A stretch of 64,000 nucleotides of DNA, from contig JADJTL010000001.1 in NCBI GenBank assembly GCA_016711215.1, forward strand, positions 531,330-595,329, in the 5' to 3' direction. A model generated the notes under the pieces. It worked only from the letters and a program-made list of their open reading frames with translations. It made no database searches and was not told where the DNA came from. This document shows, piece after piece, positions 13,221 through 21,127 of the stretch. Each line of letters opens with the position of its first letter. Within the stretch, counting starts at the first letter, position 1. The translations under genes and the position numbers were made by a program. Source of the DNA: Pseudomonadota bacterium (GTDB taxonomy: Bacteria; Myxococcota_A; Polyangia; GCA-2747355).

Positions 13221-13945
13221 GCGCCAACGGTCAACCCGAGGACGAGCTGCGCCGCCATCTCCGCGCCCCCGTGACGCTGGAGGTCCGCTACCGCACGACC
13301 GGATCCTTCCTCGTCAGCTACTCGCTGAACCTCTCGGTTGGCGGCTTGCTCCTCGAGACAAACGAGGCGGCGCCGCCGGTCGGTACGGCGCTGCTGGTGC
13401 GCTTTACGGTGCCAGGGGCGGTCGAAGCGATTGAGACCCAGGCGCGGGTCGTCTGGGTCAGGGAGCCGACCGACGTCGGTGCGCGGCGCAGTTTGGGCCT
13501 GCAGTTCGAGGGGCTCGAGCAGCAGATGGGCGTGTTGATCGATGGCCTGGTCAGGCGCTTCGAGGGGTTGACCTTGGTCGCCGTCGCCGCACGGGGCGCC
13601 CCGCTGGAGCGCTTGAGCCGCTATCTGCGCAGCGCACTGGCCTGCACCGTCGTGCAGGTGGCTAGCGATGCGCTCGGTGAGATCGATGCGACGGTCGGCG
13701 CTCAGTCGATCGACCTCTTGGCCGTCGACCTCGACTCGACGGGACCGGCGGGTGTGGGCGCCCTGAGTTGGGCGCGATCGATGACGCCGAAGATCCCTGC
13801 TGTCGTCGTCGCCGACCATCCGGAGGCTGTCGCAGCAGCGGAGCTCGATGACGCGGCGACCGTGATTCGTGGGCCCTTGAGCTTCGAAAAGGTCCGACGC
13901 TGCGTGCTCGACGTGCTCGCACGGCCCTTGCCGGGCGTGAGTTGA
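13217..13945 (+). CDS. PilZ-domain protein with C-terminal receiver-like domain
   Basis: GTG at 13217 overlaps the parB TGA (GTGA). Both c-di-GMP binding motifs are present: RRHLR (RxxxR) and NLSVGG (D/NxSxxG). The C-terminal half resembles a CheY-like fold (DLLAVDLD). Only the last 243 codons of ORF 12680-13945 are used. Confidence 0.7.
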   Translation: MSANGQPEDELRRHLRAPVTLEVRYRTTGSFLVSYSLNLSVGGLLLETNEAAPPVGTALLVRFTVPGAVEAIETQARVVWVREPTDVGARRSLGLQFEGLEQQMGVLIDGLVRRFEGLTLVAVAARGAPLERLSRYLRSALACTVVQVASDALGEIDATVGAQSIDLLAVDLDSTGPAGVGALSWARSMTPKIPAVVVADHPEAVAAAELDDAATVIRGPLSFEKVRRCVLDVLARPLPGVS

Positions 13946-14091
13946 AGGCGCCGCTCGCTCGTCGAAGCGACCCGCGGTCCAGCGCGCGTCGAGGCCCGCT
14001 GCGCTGAGGCCCCCTGCCCTGCAAACCCGCTGGTGCAAGGCCCCGCCGCCGGAGTCGCCGCCGCCCGGGCTGCCGACTGCCCGCTAATCCG

Positions 14092-14724
14092 CTAATAGCT
14101 ACGGCTGCCCGGGAGGCCGTAGGCGCCTGGGCTGTAGGGGCTGCTGTAGGGGCTGCTGTAGGGGCTCGTGTGGGTGTAGCCGGGCAGCTCTTGTTTCAGG
14201 TTCTGGTCGCGGCTCGGGTGCTTGGTGGGCGCCGCGGGTTCGCCTGCGGCGTCGCCCGCCGCTGCGACGCTCGAGCTCGGTTGCCCACCCGCGCGCGTGC
14301 CCTCGAGGTCGGGCGCGGCCCAGGGCGCGATCGCGCTCGCGTTGCTCACTCGGCCGGTGCTGGGCCCGCCGGCTGCGGTCCACGGGCGCTCTTGGTGGCT
14401 AGTCCTGCCGGCCGGCCTCGCCTGTGCACGCCGGTCGGTCCGCGCGCGATCCGCCGGGCCCCTGCCGGGGAAAATGCTGGGGGACAAGCTTTCGTGATCT
14501 GCGCCGCGCGGCAGCGAGAACTCCCAGCGCCGGTCCTGCTCCAAGCGCGGCCTTGCCAAGGGCGATGAGGCCTCTCGATTGGGCACGTCGAAGCGCTTCG
14601 TGCTGGGCGCGGGGCGTGGGGCCAGGGCGCGGGCTTCAACGCCCACGGGCGTGCTGGGTTCGACGAGATCGGCCGAAGCGCCGTTGACCGCTGTGGTGAG
14701 AATGATGGCGAGAAAGGCCGCCAT
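14092..14724 (-). CDS. secreted Pro/Ala/Arg-rich hypothetical protein with C-terminal SPYS repeats
   Basis: N-terminal hydrophobic signal-like segment (MAAFLAIILTTAVNGASA). GC3-rich codons. C-terminus is TSPYSSPYSSPYSPGAY. Confidence 0.45.
   Translation of the reverse strand: MAAFLAIILTTAVNGASADLVEPSTPVGVEARALAPRPAPSTKRFDVPNREASSPLARPRLEQDRRWEFSLPRGADHESLSPSIFPGRGPADRARTDRRAQARPAGRTSHQERPWTAAGGPSTGRVSNASAIAPWAAPDLEGTRAGGQPSSSVAAAGDAAGEPAAPTKHPSRDQNLKQELPGYTHTSPYSSPYSSPYSPGAYGLPGSRSY
14131..14166. repeat. 12-bp perfect tandem repeat x3 (gctgtaggggct), encodes SPYS repeats on the minus strand
   Basis: Three identical adjacent units read directly in the sequence. Confidence 0.9.
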
Positions 14725-14804
14725 TTAGGGGCTCCGACGGACGAAAGCCGCCAAAGAGCGCGGATTGTAGGTGAACGTCCGACAGATGTCAAGGCTTGAG
14801 CGCC

Positions 14805-15773
14805 TCAGAAGACGGGGAAGAACTGCGGCAGCAGGTCGTGCAGCAAGAGCAATTCGAGCGCGGCCAGGCTCAGGAAGGGTCCAAAGGGCAAGCGAGCCGC
14901 GCCGAGCCGCGTCTCTTCGGCTGCGTCGTCGTCGCCGGGACTCGAGGTCGGCGCCGCGTCGGGGTCGGGCGGCACCGCGTCCGTCGCCGCGCTCAGCGGG
15001 CCGGTGGCGAGAGGCTTCGCAGCGGCGAGGTCGCGGCGCCGGCGCGCGCTGCGGCGCAGCCAGAGCAGGGCGGTCACGCCGATCAGCGTGCCCTGCAGCG
15101 AGGCGAGAAATAGCGTGGGCAGCAGGGCCTGCCAGCCGAGCAGGCCCGCGATCATCGCGAGCTGCTTCCCATCACCGTAGCCCATGCCCTGCCGGCCGGT
15201 CAGCAGCTCCCAGCCGTCGGCGATCAGGCGCACGAGCAGATAGCCTCCCGCCGCACCGATCACGCCGTCCCAAAGGTGCGGCAGGGACATCCAGGGCGAC
15301 AGGGCCACGGCGAGCGGGATGCCGGGGTAGGTGATCGCGTTGGGGATGCGCATCGTCGCCAGATCGATCAGCGCCACGGCGACCATCGCGACGGCGAACA
15401 AGGAGGTGATGGCGAATTGCGCGGTGCGCAGCCCCGGCGGCCCGGACGCGTCGACGAAATAGACGCGGTGCAGCGCGATCGACAGCCCCGCCAGGCCGAG
15501 CTCGACGAGCGCATAGCGCGGCGAGAAGCCGGCGTCGCAGTGCCGGCAGCGCCCGCGCAGCAAGAGGTAGCTCAGCACCGGCAGGTTGTCGTACCAAGCC
15601 ACCGCGCGATGGCAGCTGCGACAATGCGAGGGTGGGCGGACGACAGATTCGCCCCGCGGTAGGCGGACCACCACGACATTGCAGAAGCTGCCCCAGATCG
15701 CGCCCCAGAGGGCTGCGATGGCGGTGCCCCAGGGTCCGCCGAGGACCTGCTCCCAAAGCGCATATGAGTTCAT
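14805..15773 (-). CDS. pilD: prepilin peptidase / N-methyltransferase (A24 family)
   Basis: ORF trimmed to MNSYALWEQV... Has the Cys-rich CRSC...CRHC motif, the GMGYGDGKQL aspartyl-protease motif and LPFGPFL. About 60 aa of low-complexity insertion precedes the last TM segment. Confidence 0.85.
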   Translation of the reverse strand: MNSYALWEQVLGGPWGTAIAALWGAIWGSFCNVVVVRLPRGESVVRPPSHCRSCHRAVAWYDNLPVLSYLLLRGRCRHCDAGFSPRYALVELGLAGLSIALHRVYFVDASGPPGLRTAQFAITSLFAVAMVAVALIDLATMRIPNAITYPGIPLAVALSPWMSLPHLWDGVIGAAGGYLLVRLIADGWELLTGRQGMGYGDGKQLAMIAGLLGWQALLPTLFLASLQGTLIGVTALLWLRRSARRRRDLAAAKPLATGPLSAATDAVPPDPDAAPTSSPGDDDAAEETRLGAARLPFGPFLSLAALELLLLHDLLPQFFPVF

Positions 15774-15873
15774 CGTCGGCCTTTCAGCGGGTCGCGTCGA
15801 TTGTTGACAATTCGCGCCGAGACGGCAAACTTCCCTGCTCAACGGCCCATGCCGGCCTGACTGCTGACGGGCG

Positions 15874-18654
15874 ATGTTCAATCCCACGCAATTCGGTCAA
15901 TACCTGCTTAGTGAGCGCATTGGCGTGGGCGGGATGGCTGAGATCTTCAAGGGCAAGCTGCTCGGCCTCGGCGGCTTCGAGCGGCCGATGGCCGTCAAGC
16001 AAATCCTGCCGCAGTACGCCTCCGACCCTGACTTCATCGAGATGTTCATCGATGAGGCGAAGATCGCGGTCAACCTGCAGCACGGCAACATCGTCGGCGT
16101 GCATGAGCTCGGGCGCATCGGTGAGATCTACTTCATCGCGATGGAGTACGTGCACGGCCACAATCTGACCGAGATCATCAGCGCCGCGAGCAGGCGGGCG
16201 CTGCCGCTCTCGGTGGATCACGCCGTGCTGATCGGCATCGAGATCTGCAAAGGGCTCGACTACGCTCATCGCCGCTCCGATCAGCAGGGCCGCCCGCTCG
16301 GCGTGGTGCACCGCGACCTGAGTCCCGGCAACGTGATGGTCTCCTTCGACGGTGCCGTCAAGATCACAGACTTCGGCATCGCCAAGGCGCGGCATAAGCT
16401 CGGCAAGACAGCGGTTGGCGCGGTCAAGGGAACCTACGGCTACATGTCGCCCGAGCAGCTCGCGGGCTACCCGGTCGACAACCGCACGGACATCTTCAGC
16501 ACGGGCATCCTGCTCTTCGAGCTGCTGACCGGGCAGCAGCTCTTTCCGGGAAGTACGGACCTCGAGGCGGTCGAGCGCGCGCGCCAGGCGCGGGTCACCC
16601 CGCCCTCGCTGGTCTCCGATCGCGTTCCGCCGGGGCTCGACATGATCGTGCTGCGCGCGCTCGAGCGCGAGATGGACGATCGTTATCCCGACGCCAACGC
16701 GATGCAGCTCGCGCTCTCGCGCTTCCTCTTCACCAGCGGGCGCGGTGCCAGCTCGACGACGCTCGGCGCCTACATGCGGGAGCTCTTTCCCGCGGAGGAC
16801 GAGCATGAGACGCGGGCGGCAGCGACCTCAGTGGAGGCTCCTGAACGGAGTCCGGCGCAGGCCGCTGCGCCGCCCGACGGGCGCGCTGGCGGCCGCGGGC
16901 TGAGCCCGACGGGCACGCAGTCCTACGCGCTTCGCGCCGAGCTCGTGCAGGCGTCGGCGGCGGCGGGCGAGAGCCCCGGGGCGCATGGAACGGTGCGCGC
17001 GGTGGTGGCGGTGAAGGGCGCTCGAGCGGAGGAGACCCTGGCGCTTCCCTCGCTGGCCGACGCCCGCGTTGGGGCTCTCGGCGTCGCGCCGACGGCCGCG
17101 CAGCTCGCCCCAGCGGCGGCCTTCGCCGCGGCGCTGGTCAGCGCCGAGCGCGAGGCTGCCGGCGGCGGCCCTGGCGCGCCCGCGGTGGGCGGCATCGCGC
17201 CGGCGGTGGGCGGCGTCGCGTCGTGGCCAGAGCGCGAGCCTGCCGAGGGCGGCGAGGCGTCTCGGCGGCGGCGGACGGCGTCATTCACCCCCTCCGAGCT
17301 GCCTGCCGCACAGGGTGGCCGTCGGCTCGGCGCCGCGCCGGGACGTGGCGAGTGGGCCGGGCCCGAGGGGGGAGCCGCGCCAGCCGGCACCGATGCCCAT
17401 CCGCTGCCCACCGCCGCGCCGCGCAGCGAGGGGCCGCGCCCGCCGCGCAGCGACGCCTCCGTGATGGCGCTGCTGATGCAGCCGGTCGCCACCTCGAAGC
17501 CCGCGGTAGCGGCGCCGGCCTCCGTGACCTTCGCGTCGTCGGAGTTCAGCGCGGACTCGCCCTCAGCGTCCTGGAACTCGCTGCCCTTTCCCCCGCCAGA
17601 GGCCACGGCGGAGCCGGCGGCCGCCTTCGCGCCGTTGGGGGGAGGCGGCCACGCGGGCGAGAGCCCGCTCGCTCGGCGCAATCTGCTTTCGGCGACCATG
17701 CAGCTCTTCGTGCGGGACTTCGGCGAGATCGACTCGGACGCCGTCGGGCGCGCGCAGGCGGCTCGCGCCTCGCACGTGGTCAAGCTGACGCTGCTGAGCT
17801 GGGTCCTGATCGGCCTGATCGTCGCGACGGCGGTGTCCTTTCTCGTCTATCGCAAGACGCGCCTGACTCAGAGCGACCTGGACGACGGGACCGCCTTGCT
17901 CTCGCCCGACGACCTACGGGGCAGCGGGGCAGCGGGGCGGCCGGCCCCGACGGCGCCGCGGCGCGGGACGATCGCGGTCAGCGTCGACCCGGCCGATGCC
18001 GTGGTGTTGCTCCATGTCGGCGACACGCCCGCGACGGTCGGAAACCTCGACCTGGGTCGGCCGCACCTGCTGCGCCTCGAGCGCGAGGGTTATGCTGCCG
18101 TCGAGCGCACCCTCTCGCCGGCGGAGCTCGCCGCGGCGCAACGCGTCGAGGTCGCGTTGCAGCCGACCGGCGCGGGTGCGGAGCAGGCGACGACGGTGGG
18201 TGCCTTTCCCGAGGGCGCGAGCGTGGGTCGTCGCGCCACCGTGACGGTGAGCTCGGATCCGCCCGGCGCGACGGTTTGGCTGGCCGTGGGTCGCGGAGGG
18301 GCTGAGCTCTCCGACGTGCCCGTGGCGCGCTACTACTTCAAGGTGATGCGCAGCGGCTATGAGGTCGCTTTCGTCAGCCTCTCCGAGGCGCAGTTCGACG
18401 AGACCAGCGGTGTCGCGCGCGAGGCGGTGAGCTTGGCGCGCCTTGAGGCCCCCGTTGCGCCGGCGACGCCGCCCGCGGCACCCACGCCGATCCCCACGCC
18501 GGTGGTGCGCAAGCCGAGCCGGCGCAGCCAACCTCCAGCGCGTGCGCGGGCTGCGACCCGCCGGCCGCCGCGCGCGCGCCGGGAGCCAGCCCCACAAGAT
18601 CACTTTGCCCAGTTGGGCCGATTGAATCCCGTCACCGGCGACCGCGAGACCTGA
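15874..18654 (+). CDS. Ser/Thr protein kinase with long disordered linker, one TM segment and two PEGA-like domains
   Basis: Hanks kinase motifs (GVGGMAEIFKG, AVKQI, HRDLSPGNV, DFGIAK, GYMSPEQ). TM segment LLSWVLIGLIVATAVSFLVY. PEGA-like blocks (VSVDPADAVVLL..., VSSDPPGATVWL...). Confidence 0.9.
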   Translation: MFNPTQFGQYLLSERIGVGGMAEIFKGKLLGLGGFERPMAVKQILPQYASDPDFIEMFIDEAKIAVNLQHGNIVGVHELGRIGEIYFIAMEYVHGHNLTEIISAASRRALPLSVDHAVLIGIEICKGLDYAHRRSDQQGRPLGVVHRDLSPGNVMVSFDGAVKITDFGIAKARHKLGKTAVGAVKGTYGYMSPEQLAGYPVDNRTDIFSTGILLFELLTGQQLFPGSTDLEAVERARQARVTPPSLVSDRVPPGLDMIVLRALEREMDDRYPDANAMQLALSRFLFTSGRGASSTTLGAYMRELFPAEDEHETRAAATSVEAPERSPAQAAAPPDGRAGGRGLSPTGTQSYALRAELVQASAAAGESPGAHGTVRAVVAVKGARAEETLALPSLADARVGALGVAPTAAQLAPAAAFAAALVSAEREAAGGGPGAPAVGGIAPAVGGVASWPEREPAEGGEASRRRRTASFTPSELPAAQGGRRLGAAPGRGEWAGPEGGAAPAGTDAHPLPTAAPRSEGPRPPRSDASVMALLMQPVATSKPAVAAPASVTFASSEFSADSPSASWNSLPFPPPEATAEPAAAFAPLGGGGHAGESPLARRNLLSATMQLFVRDFGEIDSDAVGRAQAARASHVVKLTLLSWVLIGLIVATAVSFLVYRKTRLTQSDLDDGTALLSPDDLRGSGAAGRPAPTAPRRGTIAVSVDPADAVVLLHVGDTPATVGNLDLGRPHLLRLEREGYAAVERTLSPAELAAAQRVEVALQPTGAGAEQATTVGAFPEGASVGRRATVTVSSDPPGATVWLAVGRGGAELSDVPVARYYFKVMRSGYEVAFVSLSEAQFDETSGVAREAVSLARLEAPVAPATPPAAPTPIPTPVVRKPSRRSQPPARARAATRRPPRARREPAPQDHFAQLGRLNPVTGDRET

Positions 18655-18659
18655 GCCGC

Positions 18660-19565
18660 TTGACTGCGAGCGAGTCTCCTCAGCGCCATGAGCGCGTCAA
18701 TGGCCGCTGGACGGTCCGCGAGCTGCTGAGCTGGACGGCGGAGCGCTTCGCCGCGCTCAGCGCGTCAGCTCGGCTCGAGGCGGAGCTGTTGTTGGCGCAT
18801 GGTCTCGGCGTCGATCGACTCCAGCTCTATCTCGATTTCGACAAGCCACTGACGGCAGCGGAGCTGCGCATCTATCGCGAGCTGGTTCGGCGCCGCCTGG
18901 CGCGCGAGCCGGTGGCGTATATCCTCGGCGCGCGCGAGTTCTGGTCCCGGCGCTTCGCGGTCTCTCCCGCGGTGCTCGTCCCTCGGCCCGAGACCGAGCT
19001 GCTGGTCGAGGAGGCGCTCGACTGGCTGCGCGCGCGGCTGGCCACCACAGCGCAGCCCTGCGTGATCGACGTCGGCACGGGTTCCGGCGCGATCGCCGTG
19101 GCCGTCGCGCTCGAGCTTCCCGCGGCGCGCGTTTGGGCGGTCGATCGAGCGCGTGCTGCAGTGACCGTGGCGCGGGGCAACGCGCTGGCGCATGGCGCGC
19201 CCGTGCGCTGGTGTTGCGCTGATCTCCTGAGCGTGTTTGCGCCGCGACCGACCTTCGATCTCGTCCTGGCGAATTTGCCCTATATCCCAAGCGATGAACT
19301 GGCGCGCTTGGCCCCCGAGGTTCGGGACTGGGAGCCGCGATCCGCGCTGGACGGTGGTGGCGACGGCCTCGACGCGATCCGCGCGCTCGTCTGCCAGCTC
19401 GGATCACGCCTGCGGGCGGGCGGGCAGGTGCTCCTCGAGGTCGGTGCTGGCCAGGCGCGGGAGGTCGCGGGGCTCCTGGAGGCCTCGGGCTGCGAGCAGG
19501 TGTCCGTCCGGCGCGACCTGGGCGGAATCGATCGGATCGTCGGTGGGTCGTGGAGCGGCCGCTGA
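18660..19565 (+). CDS. prmC: peptide chain release factor N5-glutamine methyltransferase (HemK/PrmC)
   Basis: EPVAYILGAREFW, the SAM motif VIDVGTGSGAIA and a catalytic tetrapeptide present as NLPY rather than the usual NPPY. TTG start is the only in-frame start. Confidence 0.8.
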   Translation: MTASESPQRHERVNGRWTVRELLSWTAERFAALSASARLEAELLLAHGLGVDRLQLYLDFDKPLTAAELRIYRELVRRRLAREPVAYILGAREFWSRRFAVSPAVLVPRPETELLVEEALDWLRARLATTAQPCVIDVGTGSGAIAVAVALELPAARVWAVDRARAAVTVARGNALAHGAPVRWCCADLLSVFAPRPTFDLVLANLPYIPSDELARLAPEVRDWEPRSALDGGGDGLDAIRALVCQLGSRLRAGGQVLLEVGAGQAREVAGLLEASGCEQVSVRRDLGGIDRIVGGSWSGR

Positions 19566-19641
19566 GGCTTCCGGGGCCGGGCTGCTCTAAGCTGGTCGGG
19601 GTTTCAGGCGCCCATCTGGGGCACGCGAGCGCGGGGGTGCA

Positions 19642-19959
19642 GTGATGGTTGGACGGCGGGTTTCGATCGGGCTGCTGGTTGGCGCGCTGGCGGCGGGAAA
19701 TGGCTGCTCGCCTTACCTGGTGCGCAGCCTCGCCAATGCTGCGGTGCTTACCGCAGTGATCGTCGGTACGGCCCATGTGATGGCCCACCACGACGCGCAC
19801 ATGCACTTCCACGACTGCGGCCACCACCGGCGCTGGCACCGCGGGCATTGGGTCTACTACTACGATGGCCATTGGGAGTACTATGAGCCGCGCCGCCGCA
19901 GCTGGCACTACTACGCCGAGCCCGACGCTGAGGACGAATCCGACTACGGCGAGGACTGA
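19642..19959 (+). CDS. small His/Tyr/Trp-rich membrane or lipoprotein (105 aa)
   Basis: Signal/lipobox-like LAAGNGC, a second hydrophobic segment, then 12 His in about 45 residues (HHDAHMHFHDCGHHRRWHRGHW...) and an acidic tail. The 3' end overlaps the convergent ATPase gene by 16 nt. Confidence 0.45.
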   Translation: MMVGRRVSIGLLVGALAAGNGCSPYLVRSLANAAVLTAVIVGTAHVMAHHDAHMHFHDCGHHRRWHRGHWVYYYDGHWEYYEPRRRSWHYYAEPDAEDESDYGED

Positions 19960-21125
19960 TTCGTCGCGCGCCGCGCAGGGCGATCGAGCGCCGGATAGCC
20001 ATAGGTCGTGGGATCGAAGAAGGCCGGCACGAGGTCTTCAAAGCCGTCGAGGACCAGCCGCTCGCGGAAGGTCGGCAGCACGCCGGTCGGCGTCAGTTGC
20101 CCAACCACACGGTCGCTGCGAGCCCCGCGCCGCTGCTGGAACGCGAAGAGGTCCTGAACGCGGTAATCACCGCGGTCGTCGAGCGGCAGCACCTCACTGA
20201 TCGCGGTAACGCGCCGCGAGCCGTCGCGCAGTCGCGCCACGCAGACCACCAGATCGACCGCCGACGCGACCTGGGCGCGGAGGGCGCGCAGCGGCAGTCC
20301 GACCTCCGCCAGCAGCGCCAGGCTTTCGAGGCGGGTCAGCGTCTCCAGCGAGCTGTTCGCGTGGCAGGTGCTGATCGTTCCGCCGTGGCCGGTGTTCATC
20401 GCCTGCAGCAGATCGAAGCATTCGCCGCCGCGGACCTCGCCGATGACGATGCGGTCTGGGCGCAGCCGCAACGCCGAGTTCAGCAGGTCGCGGAGCGAAA
20501 TCGCCCCGCGCCCCTGAGCGTCGGGGGGGCGACTCTCGAGCGAGACGAGGTGGCGCGAGCCGAGCTGGAGCTCGGCGGAGTCCTCGATCGTGACCACACG
20601 CTCGTGGGCTGGAATGAAGGCCGCCAGCGCGTTGAGCAAGGTCGTCTTCCCGCTGCCGGTGCCACCGGCCAGCAGCAGGTTCTTCTGCGCGAGGATGCAG
20701 ACCTCGAGCCAGCGCGCGGCCTCGCCGGATAAGGCGTCGAGGCGGACGAGGTCCTCGATTCGCAGCCCGCCAGGGTGAAACTTGCGGATGGCGACCACCG
20801 GACCGCCGCGGGCTAAGGGTGGCAGCACGACGTGAATGCGCGAGCCGTCGGGGAGGCGCGCGTCGAGCCGCGGCTGCTGCTCGTTGAGGGTTCGGCCGAC
20901 GAACTGCGCCATGTTGCGTGCGGCGGCGAGGAGGCCATCGGCCGTGAAGCGACGGCCGGTAGGCTCGAGCCTACCGGCGCGCTCGACCCAGATCGCGTCG
21001 GGGCCGTTGATCAAGATCTCCGTGACCTGCGGGTCGTCGATGAAGTCGGCGATCGGCGCGAGGAAGGCGCGGAGGGAGGTCGAGAAGAGCGACCCGAGCG
21101 TCGGTCTCGTCGGCGGGGAGGTCAT
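19944..21125 (-). CDS. CpaF/VirB11-family secretion ATPase (orphan)
   Basis: ORF trimmed to MTSPPTRPTLGS... Contains TEILINGPD, Walker A GGTGSGKTTLLNAL, Asp box VVTIEDSAEL, Walker B DRIVIGEVRGGE and His box GHGGTISTCHANS. Confidence 0.85.
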   Translation of the reverse strand: MTSPPTRPTLGSLFSTSLRAFLAPIADFIDDPQVTEILINGPDAIWVERAGRLEPTGRRFTADGLLAAARNMAQFVGRTLNEQQPRLDARLPDGSRIHVVLPPLARGGPVVAIRKFHPGGLRIEDLVRLDALSGEAARWLEVCILAQKNLLLAGGTGSGKTTLLNALAAFIPAHERVVTIEDSAELQLGSRHLVSLESRPPDAQGRGAISLRDLLNSALRLRPDRIVIGEVRGGECFDLLQAMNTGHGGTISTCHANSSLETLTRLESLALLAEVGLPLRALRAQVASAVDLVVCVARLRDGSRRVTAISEVLPLDDRGDYRVQDLFAFQQRRGARSDRVVGQLTPTGVLPTFRERLVLDGFEDLVPAFFDPTTYGYPALDRPARRATNQSSP

Positions 21126-21127
21126 GG

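Noticed and set aside
11018-14091. parS sites (TGTTNCACGTGAAACA-like palindromes) around parAB
   Set aside because: Scanning the intergenic stretches by eye found no match. A proper pattern search over the whole window and genome is needed before concluding absence.
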